Shown piece by piece: positions 27,886 to 37,752 of a stretch of DNA of 64,000 bases (the stretch's first letter is position 1; each line of letters starts with the position of its first letter). Source of the DNA: Chloroflexota bacterium (GTDB taxonomy: Bacteria; Chloroflexota; Dehalococcoidia; Bin125); NCBI GenBank assembly GCA_009838735.1, contig VXQZ01000041.1:36348-100347 (forward strand), given 5' to 3'. The position numbers and the translations under genes were made by a program. The notes beneath the pieces were generated by a model that was not told where the DNA came from, did not search any database, and saw nothing but the letters and a program-made list of their open reading frames with translations.

Positions 27886-29362
27886 TCCCGCCGACCTGGA
27901 GCATCTCGCTGAACTGCGGCGTCGAAGAGACGAGTTCTTCGCGCCGAATCCTGAAGGTGACGAGCGGGCCCACAGCCGGGGCCTGTTGACCGCCAACGAG
28001 CGAATCGAGCTGCTGCTCGATCCGGGCAGCCAGTGGGCGTTCAGTTACGGCCTGGGGCCGACACCGCTGCAGCTGGGCTTTGGCGAAATCCACGGCCGGC
28101 CGGTGCTCTACAAGGCGCACGACGCGTCACGAGGCGCGGGCGCATACAATCTGCGCTCGCGGGTCAATATGCGGGCCGTCGGACATATTGTCGACAAAGC
28201 CGCGCTGCCAATGTTCTACCTGTTCCAGGGAGCGGGCGGACAGATCGAGGACCACGTCATGTCCTCGGGATTCTCGGCCGTCGGTGGGCACAACGTCGGC
28301 GCGCGATCGAGCGTGCCTCGGCGAGGTGGCGTGTTCACCGCGATCCTCGGCAACTCGTTTGCGCCCTGGGCGGCGTCGGTGGCCGACTTCTCGGTGATGA
28401 CTCCGCGCGCGACAGCGACGTTCGTTAGTCCGTACATCATCGAGTTCGCCACCGGCAAACGCCCTGACCTCTATGAGATGGGCGGCGTTGATGTCCATAC
28501 CAAGATGACCGGACAGATTTGCCGACGGGCGGAGGACGAAGCGGAAGCGATGGAGACGCTGCGCACTTGTTTCTCGTACCTGCCCGGCCACGCGTTCGAG
28601 TCGGCGCCGCGGATCATGAGCGGCGATCCCAGAGATCGCTGCGACGAGGAGTTGCGGTCGCTGGTACCGAAGTATCCGAACCGTCCCTATGAGGTGCGCA
28701 AGATCATCGAGCGGGTCGTGGACCGGGACAGTTTCTTCGAGTGGCAGCCCGAGTTCGGCATGAACATGGTGACGGGCTTCGCCCGCCTTGACGGGCATAC
28801 GGTTGCGATCATGGCCAATCAGCCAATGGTTCGCGGCGGCGCGATCGACATGAACGCGCTGATCAAGGCGCGGCGGATCATCAAGACCGCCCGAACCTTC
28901 TCGCTGCCGCTGCTCACGTTCTGCGACACGCCTGGGATCATGACGACGCAGGAGGAAGAGCACAAAGGGCTGCTGACTGAGACCACGGTCTACATCTCGG
29001 ACAAGATGGCATCCGAGGTACCGACCGTCTGCGTCACGCTGGGCAAGGGCATTGGGATGGGCTACTTCATCATGGGCGGCAGCGACCCGGAGGCGATCAC
29101 ACTCTCCTGGCCCACGACGCAGATCGCATATCTCGGTCCCGAAGGCGGGGCCGCGGTGGTGCATCGCAAGAAACTCGCGGGGATCGAGGATCGCGACGAC
29201 CACCGACTCCTGCTGGATGAATTGGCCGAGCCGTTCAGGCGCAATATGAATCCCTGGCGCGGCGCGCAGATGGCCACGATTGATAACATCATCGACCCGG
29301 TCGAGACGCGGCCGCGGGTCATCCAGGCGTTCGAAGCGCTGGGACGAGGGGGACGCAGATGA
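27872..29362 (+). CDS. Acyl-CoA carboxylase/decarboxylase carboxyltransferase subunit (divergent)
   Basis: LTANERIELLLDPGS, MGGVDVH, VTGFARLDG, ANQP, DTPG, IIDPVETR. Confidence 0.85.
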   Translation: MSTASPADLEHLAELRRRRDEFFAPNPEGDERAHSRGLLTANERIELLLDPGSQWAFSYGLGPTPLQLGFGEIHGRPVLYKAHDASRGAGAYNLRSRVNMRAVGHIVDKAALPMFYLFQGAGGQIEDHVMSSGFSAVGGHNVGARSSVPRRGGVFTAILGNSFAPWAASVADFSVMTPRATATFVSPYIIEFATGKRPDLYEMGGVDVHTKMTGQICRRAEDEAEAMETLRTCFSYLPGHAFESAPRIMSGDPRDRCDEELRSLVPKYPNRPYEVRKIIERVVDRDSFFEWQPEFGMNMVTGFARLDGHTVAIMANQPMVRGGAIDMNALIKARRIIKTARTFSLPLLTFCDTPGIMTTQEEEHKGLLTETTVYISDKMASEVPTVCVTLGKGIGMGYFIMGGSDPEAITLSWPTTQIAYLGPEGGAAVVHRKKLAGIEDRDDHRLLLDELAEPFRRNMNPWRGAQMATIDNIIDPVETRPRVIQAFEALGRGGRR

Positions 29363-30792
29363 CAACTCGACGCCAGCGGCACGTCAGTCCGGAAAAGAAC
29401 CTGACCATCGCGGAGCGCCTCCAGCGCGTTGACGATGAGCGCGCGCACATCGAGGCGTTTGATCGCGAGCGAGAGTTAGAGGCGGGCCAGTTGACCCCGC
29501 GCCAGCGGGTCGAGCTGATGGTCGATGAGGGGTCATTCCTCGAGATTGGCGCGTTTGCCAAGAGCCAGCACCATGAAGTCGCCGAAGAGACGCCGGCCGA
29601 CGGAGTGATTGTCGGCTACGCGGAGATCTCGGGACGGCGGACCGTTGTGATTGCGGAAGATCCGATCGCCCTGGCGAACTCCGACGCGCAGGTGGGCAAG
29701 AACAAGCGCAACCGCATGCTCTCCAATGCGATCTATCGGCGCTTGCCGATCGTCTACCTGGCCGATGGCACAACGGATGAGGTTCCCGAGTTCGACCTCC
29801 ACGCCGGAGTACTGCTGAGCCGCGTGGCTGAGCAGTTGCCGGCCCGCGACATCGCCGAGCGTGAGGCACCGCTGGTGACGGTCGCCTGCGGTCACTGCGC
29901 CGGTCAGAACAGTGCGCTGGCGGTGCGCTCGGACTTGCTGGTGGCGACTGATCGCGCCGCCTTCGGGGCGCAGGAAGGCTCAGCCGAGTCGGTAGCCGAC
30001 CTGGTCTGCGATAGCGATGCCGAGGCGATCGGCGCCGCGCGGCGGTTTCTCGCGACGCTGCCAGCCGAGCTTGGCTCGGCGTTGGCGCCGCTCGGCGGCG
30101 CGTCATCCGAGGCTGCGCTCAACCTCACCGATGAAGACATGCACGCTTCGCCGCGGGAGCAGATGGATGCGATCTTCGACGCCGGCAGCATCACCTTGCT
30201 TGGTCCGGACGACGAACACTGCGCGGTCGGCGTGGGCCAGGTTGAAGGTGTCCCGGTCGCTTTCGCGTTGACCGGAGGGCCGCCTCGAGCGGCGCTGACG
30301 ACGGCAGACATGAAGCGAATCGCACGCGCGGCCTCGTGGAGCGCCGACTACCAGATTCCGTTTCTCTCGACCCAGGACACGCTGGGCTACGACCCGGTCG
30401 ACGCCGCGAGCGGCGAGTTCATGTTTGCCGCCGCACGCGCCGCCGAGTCGCTGCGCGCCTCGCACGCGGCGAAGATTACGATCATCACGGGCTGGGGACA
30501 CGCGCTCGGCGACTTCGCGCTCGGCGGCATGGGCACCGGATTCGACTTCATCTGGTGCTGGCCGTCGGCCCGGCCGGCGATGACCGAAAGTCCAGGTTAT
30601 CTGGCCCGCGATCCTGAGTCACCACCCTCCGAGGATCCATGGGAGGCCGCCGACCTGGGGCTCGTCTCGGAGATGATCACCCCGGCCGACACTCGTTCGT
30701 GGCTCGTGAGAGCCTTGCGTCTGCTTGGTCCGGGCCGAGCATTGCCTGCGGCGCACTATGACCGCGGTCAGCAGATCCACGACATGACGTGA
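29359..30792 (+). CDS. Second, degenerate carboxyltransferase-like subunit
   Basis: LTPRQRVELMVDEGSFLEIG, PADGVIVG, ITPADTR; catalytic-region motifs eroded; ATGA-coupled. Confidence 0.75.
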   Translation: MTTRRQRHVSPEKNLTIAERLQRVDDERAHIEAFDRERELEAGQLTPRQRVELMVDEGSFLEIGAFAKSQHHEVAEETPADGVIVGYAEISGRRTVVIAEDPIALANSDAQVGKNKRNRMLSNAIYRRLPIVYLADGTTDEVPEFDLHAGVLLSRVAEQLPARDIAEREAPLVTVACGHCAGQNSALAVRSDLLVATDRAAFGAQEGSAESVADLVCDSDAEAIGAARRFLATLPAELGSALAPLGGASSEAALNLTDEDMHASPREQMDAIFDAGSITLLGPDDEHCAVGVGQVEGVPVAFALTGGPPRAALTTADMKRIARAASWSADYQIPFLSTQDTLGYDPVDAASGEFMFAAARAAESLRASHAAKITIITGWGHALGDFALGGMGTGFDFIWCWPSARPAMTESPGYLARDPESPPSEDPWEAADLGLVSEMITPADTRSWLVRALRLLGPGRALPAAHYDRGQQIHDMT

Positions 30793-30851
30793 GCCGACAA
30801 CGATCACATTGGTACTGAACAGTCAGCCGATTCGTAAGCAAGGAACAGACG

Positions 30852-31676
30852 ATGACATACACCGCCATCGAGTTTGAGACCGACGGTCCGATCGCCACAA
30901 TCACGATGGACCGACCGGACAAGCGCAACGCGCTCAACCACGCCCTCCTCGACGACCTCCTCGCCGCGCTCGATGCCGTCGCCGATGACGACTCGCTCAA
31001 GGTCGCCATCCTTCGCGCCAATGGTCCCGCATTCAGCGCCGGGTACGACATTGACGGCAGCCCCTATATCAATACGCCCGACGGCGACTCCGAGTGGAAC
31101 ATCGTCAACGGGCACAAGCACCAACGGATCATGCGCGGGATCTATGAGGCGATCTGGGACAATCCCAAGGTGATCATCGCCCAGATTCAGGGCCACGCAA
31201 TCGCCGGCGGGATGTACATCTCGATGCTCTGTGACCTGGTCGTGGCGGCTGACGAAGCCATGATCGGCGAACCGTTCATGCGCATGGGCGGGGCCAGCTC
31301 GATCCCGTTCTGGAGCTACCTCGTCGGCCCGCGTCGGGCCAACGACATGCTGTTCACCGGCCGCGTGCTTTCGGGCAAGGAAGCCGAGGAGTGGGGTCTG
31401 GTCACGCGCAGTGTGCCGGGAGCGGAACTCGATCAGACCGTCCGCGAGATGGCGGAGAGCGTCGCGGAAGCGCCGCTGGCGAGTCTGCTGACGAAGAAGG
31501 AGATGTGGCACACCCAGGCCGACATGCTCGGCTGGGGCGCGCAGTTCCGCTACACGACCAGCCTGAACTCGTGGCTACGGATGGCACCGCCTCCGCCGGA
31601 CAGCGCCGGCAGCATGCGTGATTTCATGAACCAGCGCAAAGCGCAGCAGGCGCGGGGCGAAGCGACCGACTACTAG
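30852..31676 (+). CDS. Enoyl-CoA hydratase/isomerase family protein
   Basis: DRPDKRNAL, FSAGYD, GHAIAGG. Confidence 0.9.
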   Translation: MTYTAIEFETDGPIATITMDRPDKRNALNHALLDDLLAALDAVADDDSLKVAILRANGPAFSAGYDIDGSPYINTPDGDSEWNIVNGHKHQRIMRGIYEAIWDNPKVIIAQIQGHAIAGGMYISMLCDLVVAADEAMIGEPFMRMGGASSIPFWSYLVGPRRANDMLFTGRVLSGKEAEEWGLVTRSVPGAELDQTVREMAESVAEAPLASLLTKKEMWHTQADMLGWGAQFRYTTSLNSWLRMAPPPPDSAGSMRDFMNQRKAQQARGEATDY

Positions 31677-33070
31677 AGCTCCGGGTTGCGCATGAAGTCG
31701 GTCGCCTGCTCGTAGGAGTAGCCGGCCCGGCATAGGGCCTGCTCGCTGCCCAGCGGGCCGACGAGTTGCAGCGCCATCGGCAGACCTTGTTCGCTCCAGC
31801 CGTTGGGAAGGGTCAGGGTCGGCGCCCGGTTCATGTCCCAGGGCGCCGTGTATTGCAGCCGCGACCACTGGAACTCGCCCGGCGTGTCGTCGTACATCAT
31901 GTCTTCGGTCACCTGGTGCGGCAACGTGCCCTGCGCCGAGCAGGCCAGCATGTCGATATCGGCGAAGACCCGCGCCAGCCGGCCGCGCAGCTCCTCGCGA
32001 CGGATGCAGGCGTCGGCGTAGTCGGTCGCGCTGACCGAGGATCCGAGTTCTAGCCAGGCCCCGAACCAGTTGCCGTAATCGCCGGCTCGGCTGGGGTAGT
32101 TATCCAGGTGGGCGTGCAGCGCCTCGACAGAACAGAGCGTCGGCCAGTCGGCCATGTACGGTTCGAAATCCGGCAACTGAACCGAGACGATCTCCGCGCC
32201 CAGCGAAGCCAGCGTCTCGACCGACGCCGCCACCGCTTCCGCGATCGGCGGGATCACTTCCTCGGTCGCATAGCGCTCGTCGTAGCCGATGCGCATACCG
32301 GCGACGCCGGCGTTGATTCCGTCGAGCATCGAGGGAGCCGGTTCGGGGAGCGTGGTCGGATCGTTCGGATCGTCGCCGGCGATCACCTCAAGGGTCACGG
32401 CGCAGTCCCAGGTCGAACGGCACATCGGTCCGACGTGATCCAGCGACTGAGCCAGGTCGAGCACGCCGTAGCGGCTGACCCGTCCCCAGGTCGGCTTGAG
32501 CCCCACGATGCCGCAGGACGCCGACGGACCACGAATCGAGCCGCCGGTGTCGCTGCCCAAGGAGGAGTAGCAAAGACCGGCCGCCGTGGCCACGCCGGAA
32601 CCACTGGATGAGACTCCGGTCCAGCGCCCACCGTCCCAGGGATTGACCGGCACCTGACGGGCGCGGTTGTATCCGGCCATTGCCCCCTCCGTCAGGTTGA
32701 GCTTGCCCAGCATGACGGCTCCCGCGTCTTTGAAACGCGCGACGACGGTGGAGTCGAAGTCGGGAACGAAGTCTTCCAGCACCTTCGTGCCGCCCATGGT
32801 GGGCACGCCAGTCGTGTAGCAGAGGTCCTTGACCGCGATCGGAATCCCGTGCAGCGGGCCTCGATAGTTGCCCGCCGCGATTTCATCCGCGGCCTGCTGC
32901 GCTTCGGCGAGCGCTGAATCGGCCATCACCGTGGCGTAGCTCTTGAGCCGGCCGTCGTGGGCTGCGATGCGGTCGAGCTGTGCCTGGGCCAGTTCAACCG
33001 GCGACAGTTCGCCGGAGGCGATGCGCGGGGCCAGCTCCTCAATCGTCGCGTAGGCGAGTTCGTTGGTCAC
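31673..33070 (-). CDS. Amidase signature family protein
   Basis: GPLHGIPIAVKD, GVSSSGSG, LGSDTGGSIRGP. Confidence 0.93.
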   Translation of the reverse strand: MTNELAYATIEELAPRIASGELSPVELAQAQLDRIAAHDGRLKSYATVMADSALAEAQQAADEIAAGNYRGPLHGIPIAVKDLCYTTGVPTMGGTKVLEDFVPDFDSTVVARFKDAGAVMLGKLNLTEGAMAGYNRARQVPVNPWDGGRWTGVSSSGSGVATAAGLCYSSLGSDTGGSIRGPSASCGIVGLKPTWGRVSRYGVLDLAQSLDHVGPMCRSTWDCAVTLEVIAGDDPNDPTTLPEPAPSMLDGINAGVAGMRIGYDERYATEEVIPPIAEAVAASVETLASLGAEIVSVQLPDFEPYMADWPTLCSVEALHAHLDNYPSRAGDYGNWFGAWLELGSSVSATDYADACIRREELRGRLARVFADIDMLACSAQGTLPHQVTEDMMYDDTPGEFQWSRLQYTAPWDMNRAPTLTLPNGWSEQGLPMALQLVGPLGSEQALCRAGYSYEQATDFMRNPEL

Positions 33071-33139
33071 GGGGCTTCTCCGATTCCTTGTTGCATCTGG
33101 AGGTTTGGCGATGGGCTGTCAACAGCTGTTCGGAAGGAA

Positions 33140-33431
33140 GAAGAAATTGACTGAATTCAGGTTTCTGCGAAATTATTTTTTCTGGGCCTCTTCGGCCACG
33201 ATCTTCAGCCATGCGCTGGAGATCGTTGACGAAGACGTTCAGGTTTTTTCGGGTTTTTTCAGGTTTCTTCAGGTCGGTAGCGTTCGGATTCGTTCGGATG
33301 TGTTCGGCTATGGCTGGGCACGTTCCGGCTGCGCGGCGGCGGTGCAGGATGTTGCGGGCGCTGGCCGAAGGGTGGGCGGAGTGGCTGGACGTCCTGTTGG
33401 GCGTGGTTGGTCGTAAGCTCATATGTTCTCA
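33140..33431 (-). repeat. Intergenic element C with 10-bp-phased repeats (inverted relative to A and B)
   Basis: ttcaggtttt/ttcgggtttt/ttcaggtttc/ttcaggtcgg (33238-33277); gttcggattc/gttcggatgt/gttcggctat (33282-33311). Confidence 0.75.
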
Positions 33432-33600
33432 GAGTAGCAGAGCATTGGCTGGAGCGTCGTCGCCCTGTACGACGCGTGAACAAGTTCCGAGCCTATGTGT
33501 TTCCCCGCTTGCGTATCTCTGAGCGGTGGCAGTTCTCTTCCCGGCGGATACGGCGGCAGCGGATCGGGCGCCAGCGGGGAGGTGGGAAACGGAGCGGACA

Positions 33601-34347
33601 TCAGGGAATCCCGATCAGCTCCGTGTCGGCCCCGAACCAGATGGTCTCGGATGTGTCGACCAGCGGCCCGAAGGCGTCAGGTGTGATCGTTTCGCCGTAA
33701 CGGGTCCAGCCGGACGGGTCGCGGAAGTAGAGCTCGGCCATGCCCGCATAGGGCTCGTCGTCGGGTTCGATACTGTGACTGACCACGTAGCGCAGTCCGC
33801 CGACTTTGTGCATGGTCTCCTTGACGTTGGGCGCGTGGGCCTCAAGCCAGGTGGCGAAGAACTCGTCCCACTCGACGCCGTCCTTCGCTTTGACCAGGAA
33901 ACTGACCTTGAACAGGTTGCTGCGGGTCGTGGGGAAGGGCTCGTTCAGCGTCAGGGGCACGACGGGCAGGTCGTCGGCGCCGTCGATCACGACATGCTCG
34001 GTGGTCGCCCAGGGGACGAACGGTTCGACTTTCTGATCGAAGGTGTCTCGCGGCTCGGTGAACATGGGGCCGTCGGGCTTGCGCAGCGGCTTGTCGAACC
34101 AGAGCTGGGCCATGCCGTCAAATGTCGGCCGCGCCACCTGCTCGCCTCGTTCCCCGTTGAACAGGGTCACCAGATACTTGCGCGCGGGCCGGCGCCCGGC
34201 TGCCTTGGCGGCCTCCTGCGCCTCGAGCACGCCGGGCATGTGGTTCTTGTACCAGTGCGCGATCATCTCGTCTCGGGTGGCGTCGTCGCGCCGGCGGATC
34301 ATGAACATCATCTTCGCGCCGGGCGTCGTGGTGATGGAATCGCTCAT
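33601..34347 (-). CDS. EthD family protein (tandem domains)
   Basis: Two EthD-like halves (HWYKNH...FDGMAQLWFD; WLEAH...YAGMAELYF). Confidence 0.8.
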   Translation of the reverse strand: MSDSITTTPGAKMMFMIRRRDDATRDEMIAHWYKNHMPGVLEAQEAAKAAGRRPARKYLVTLFNGERGEQVARPTFDGMAQLWFDKPLRKPDGPMFTEPRDTFDQKVEPFVPWATTEHVVIDGADDLPVVPLTLNEPFPTTRSNLFKVSFLVKAKDGVEWDEFFATWLEAHAPNVKETMHKVGGLRYVVSHSIEPDDEPYAGMAELYFRDPSGWTRYGETITPDAFGPLVDTSETIWFGADTELIGIP

Positions 34348-34444
34348 CGTTGGCTCCCTCCAGAACGGCGATCGCCGTTGAGGTTGTCGCCGAGTCTACG
34401 CGCCGGAGCTTGCAACTGTGGGGCGCAGCACTGACAATCGGCGC

Positions 34445-35728
34445 ATGAGTACACCAGTCACCCAAGACCTGCTCGAGCGCCGGGAACGGCTGCTGGGCGC
34501 AGGCATCGCCACCTTCTACGAAGATCCGGTGCACATCGTGCGCGGCGAGGGCGTCTGGCTCTACGACGCCGATGGACGCCGATACCTCGACCTCTACAAC
34601 AACGTGCCCTGCGTTGGCCACGCGCATCCGCACGTGGTCGAGGCGACGCAGCGCCAGTCCGAGACGCTCAACGTCCACTCGCGCTACCTGCACGAGGGCA
34701 TCCTCGACTACGCCGAGCACCTGACCTCGGTGCATGCGGATCACCTGACCACCGCTGTCTTCGCCTGCAGCGGCACCGAAGCGAACGAGATTGCCGTGTT
34801 GATGGCCAGGGCGGCGACCGGCGGCCGTGGACTGATCTATACGCAGGCCGCCTATCACGGCAACTCGACCGAGGTGCGCAAGCTCTCGCGTCATCGCGGC
34901 GACGACGAGCCGGAGTTCCGTTCGATCCCGGTGCCTCAGCGCTACCGGCCGATCGAGGATGACCTGGCCGATGAGGCGCTCACGCAGGCCTACCTGGGAC
35001 GGCTCAGGGCCGAGATTGATGGCTTCGCCGCGGACGGCGTTCCGTTTGCCGGCATGATGGTCTGCTCGATCCTGGCCAACGAGGGGCTGCCCGATATCCC
35101 GCCCGGCTTCATGTCTCGCGCGGCCGACATGGTTCGCGACGCCGGCGGCCTCTTCATCTGCGACGAGGTCCAGGCCGGATTCGCCCGATCAGGCAACTGG
35201 TGGGGGTACGAGACGACCGAAGTGACGCCGGACATCGTCAGCATGGGCAAGCCGATGGGCAACGGTCTGCCGCTCTCCGGCGTGGTGGCCTCGCAGCAAC
35301 TGGTCGAGACGTTCCGCGACCAGACCCGCTACTTCAACACGTTCGCATCGAGCCCCCTGCAGGCAGCCGTGGGCAAGGCCGTGCTGGAGGTGATTGAAGG
35401 CGAGGAACTGGTCGAGAGCGTGGCCGACGTCGGCGGCTACTTGATGGAGAACCTGCGCTCGCTGCAGGAAGGCTGCGAGCCGATGGCGGACGTACGCGGC
35501 CACGGCCTGTTCATCGGCATGGAGTGGGTCAAGGATCGCGAGAGCAAGGAACCCGATCAGGCTGGCGCCGCGGTCATCGTCAATCGTCTGCGGCGGGCCG
35601 GATTCCTCATGGGCCAGGCCGGCGAGCACGGCAACGTGCTCAAGGTGCGGCCGCCGCTCGTGCTCAAGCGTGAGCAGGCGGACATGTTCCTCGAGGCGTT
35701 CGAGGACGCCATTTCCGAGCCTGTCTAA
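34445..35728 (+). CDS. Class III PLP aminotransferase / phospho-lyase (AGXT2L-like)
   Basis: YLDLYNNVPCVGH, CSGTEANE, DEVQAGFAR, MGKPMGNG. Confidence 0.88.
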   Translation: MSTPVTQDLLERRERLLGAGIATFYEDPVHIVRGEGVWLYDADGRRYLDLYNNVPCVGHAHPHVVEATQRQSETLNVHSRYLHEGILDYAEHLTSVHADHLTTAVFACSGTEANEIAVLMARAATGGRGLIYTQAAYHGNSTEVRKLSRHRGDDEPEFRSIPVPQRYRPIEDDLADEALTQAYLGRLRAEIDGFAADGVPFAGMMVCSILANEGLPDIPPGFMSRAADMVRDAGGLFICDEVQAGFARSGNWWGYETTEVTPDIVSMGKPMGNGLPLSGVVASQQLVETFRDQTRYFNTFASSPLQAAVGKAVLEVIEGEELVESVADVGGYLMENLRSLQEGCEPMADVRGHGLFIGMEWVKDRESKEPDQAGAAVIVNRLRRAGFLMGQAGEHGNVLKVRPPLVLKREQADMFLEAFEDAISEPV

Positions 35729-35735
35729 CCATTCG

Positions 35736-36737
35736 ATGCCCGAGCCGACGAATCTGAGCGACGCCGATCTGTACAAGATCGCAGAGCAATCACTCGCTGC
35801 CTGGGGATTGAAACCCGACGCGATGGAGTTGGTCTCGCGCAGCGAGAACACTGTCTTCAGACTCGACATGCCCGATCGGCGGCGCTACGCGCTGCGGATC
35901 CATCGACCCGGTTATCACACGCTGCCCGAGCTCGAGTCGGAACTGCTCTGGACGCAGGCGCTCAACGATGCGGGGATACGCGTGCCGGTCGGGGTGCGAA
36001 CACTGAACGGGCCCGGTTATGCCACGATCCCGACGCCTGATGGGACGTCAAGCCGGGCTGTCGGACTGGTGAACTGGCTCGACGGCAAGCTCCTGAGTTC
36101 GGTGATCCAGGACGAAACAGATGAGAAGAGAATCATCGACCACTTTCATCAGATCGGTCGGGTCCTGGCTGCCATGAACAATCAGGCGAGCGCCTGGGCG
36201 CCCCCGTCCGCGTTCACGAGGCATGCCTTCGATGTCCCGGGTTACGTTGGCGAGCAGCCGTTCTGGGGACGATTCTGGGACATTCCCCCACTGACGAGGG
36301 GCCAGCGCGACGTGCTCTCCGGGGCCCGCGCGGAGATTCGTGAAGCGCTCAACGATTACGGCAAGCATCGAGGCACATACTCGATGATCCACGCCGATCT
36401 CCATACGCACAACATCCTGATCGATCCATCCGGCAATCTCCAGGCATTCGACTTCGACGACGCCGGCTTCGGCTGGCACCAGTACGACCTGGCGGTCGTT
36501 CTCTTCGGCCTGGAGGACTTGCCTTACTTCGATGCGATCACCGACGCCCTCGTGGACGGCTATCGCTCGATTCGTCCGTTCAGTGACGAGGCGCTCTCGT
36601 TGCTGCCGCTCTTCCTGCTGATTCGCCGGCTGGTGCTGATTAGCTGGCAATGGGAGAGACCGGAACTGGGCCGGCGCAACGGTCTCGAGGCGTACATCGA
36701 GGACGCCTGCAACCGGACCAACGCGTTTTCCTTCTAG
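35736..36737 (+). CDS. Phosphotransferase (APH/homoserine kinase type II family)
   Basis: SENTVF, ALRIHRPGY, IHADLHTHNIL, FDFDDAGFGW. Confidence 0.88.
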   Translation: MPEPTNLSDADLYKIAEQSLAAWGLKPDAMELVSRSENTVFRLDMPDRRRYALRIHRPGYHTLPELESELLWTQALNDAGIRVPVGVRTLNGPGYATIPTPDGTSSRAVGLVNWLDGKLLSSVIQDETDEKRIIDHFHQIGRVLAAMNNQASAWAPPSAFTRHAFDVPGYVGEQPFWGRFWDIPPLTRGQRDVLSGARAEIREALNDYGKHRGTYSMIHADLHTHNILIDPSGNLQAFDFDDAGFGWHQYDLAVVLFGLEDLPYFDAITDALVDGYRSIRPFSDEALSLLPLFLLIRRLVLISWQWERPELGRRNGLEAYIEDACNRTNAFSF

Positions 36738-36759
36738 GCGACCGACGTCAGCGGCTCGC

Positions 36760-36820
36760 TTGACATTCACTCGCAGGCTGTATATTTTACCATCAGGTTA
36801 GATAACCGATAGGTGAAATA
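36760..36820 (+). promoter_or_regulatory. Sigma70 promoter with tandem ArsR-type operator
   Basis: TTGACA (36760) N17 TATTTT, overlapping imperfect palindromes TTACC-atca-GGTTA and TAACC-gata-GGTGA. Confidence 0.7.
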
Positions 36821-36822
36821 CA

Positions 36823-37230
36823 GTGCCAACGGCCGCTCCCGCTCGCGACCCGCTCAGCGCGACCTTTGCGGCGCTGGCCGATCCGACGCGCCGCGCAATT
36901 CTGACGACCCTCGCCGACGGCGAGGCGTCGGTGACCGCGCTGGCCGAACCGTTCGAGATGACCCTGCCGGCCGTCTCCAAACATCTCAAGGTGTTGGAGC
37001 GGGCGGGTCTCATCGAGCGGAGCAGCCGGGCCCAGTGGCGACCCTGCCGGCTCTCACCCGAGCCGCTCAAGGACGTCTCCGACTGGGTCGAGCGCTACCG
37101 CGAGTTCTGGGAACCACGACTCGATCGTCTCGACGATTACGTCAGCGATCTGCAGAGCAACGTCGACGCCGATCGGGAGCGTGACACAACGGACCTAACC
37201 GAAACGGAAGAACAGGAGCCCGCGAAATGA
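36823..37230 (+). CDS. ArsR/SmtB family transcriptional regulator
   Basis: FAALADPTRRAIL, PAVSKHLKVLERAGL. Confidence 0.93.
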   Translation: MPTAAPARDPLSATFAALADPTRRAILTTLADGEASVTALAEPFEMTLPAVSKHLKVLERAGLIERSSRAQWRPCRLSPEPLKDVSDWVERYREFWEPRLDRLDDYVSDLQSNVDADRERDTTDLTETEEQEPAK

Positions 37231-37682
37231 CCGCGACCGAAAGCACCATCACGACCGACGAACGGGGCGTTCAGCTCGAGCGCATCTTCGATGCACCGCC
37301 GGCGCTGGTCTGGCAAGCCTGGACCGAAGCCGAACACTTCGCTCGCTGGTACGGCCCGGATGGCTTCACGGTTCCGACCTGCGAGATCGACTTCCGGGTC
37401 GGCGGTGAATACTCGCTGGTCATGCGCTCGCCGGACGGTTGGGAGATGCGGAACTTCGGCCAGTTCAAGGAGATTGAGCCGAACGAGCGATTCGTGGCCA
37501 CAATGTCGGCCGACATGCACGACGAGACCACGCTGACGGTCTCGCTGGAGGATCTCGGCGACGGGCGCACAAAACTGACCATGCGGCAGGACGGCTGGCC
37601 CGATCCGCAGATGGCCGAGGGCGCCGGTGGCGGCTGGGCTCAGGCGCTGGAGAAGCTGGCCGTAGAGTTGGCACTCGAATAA
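37227..37682 (+). CDS. SRPBCC/AHSA1 domain protein
   Basis: ERIFDAPPALVWQAWT, DFRVGG, GWAQALEKL; classic ArsR-SRPBCC pair. Confidence 0.9.
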   Translation: MTATESTITTDERGVQLERIFDAPPALVWQAWTEAEHFARWYGPDGFTVPTCEIDFRVGGEYSLVMRSPDGWEMRNFGQFKEIEPNERFVATMSADMHDETTLTVSLEDLGDGRTKLTMRQDGWPDPQMAEGAGGGWAQALEKLAVELALE

Positions 37683-37752
37683 CAACGCCGCGCGCTCTCC
37701 AATCGGAGAGCGTCACCTCCGCCGTTACCATCTCGATTGACGGAGGTAAGGC

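Noticed and set aside
37693-37712. Hairpin CGCTCTCC-aatc-GGAGAGCG as an intrinsic terminator
   Set aside because: No U-tract follows; function unsupported
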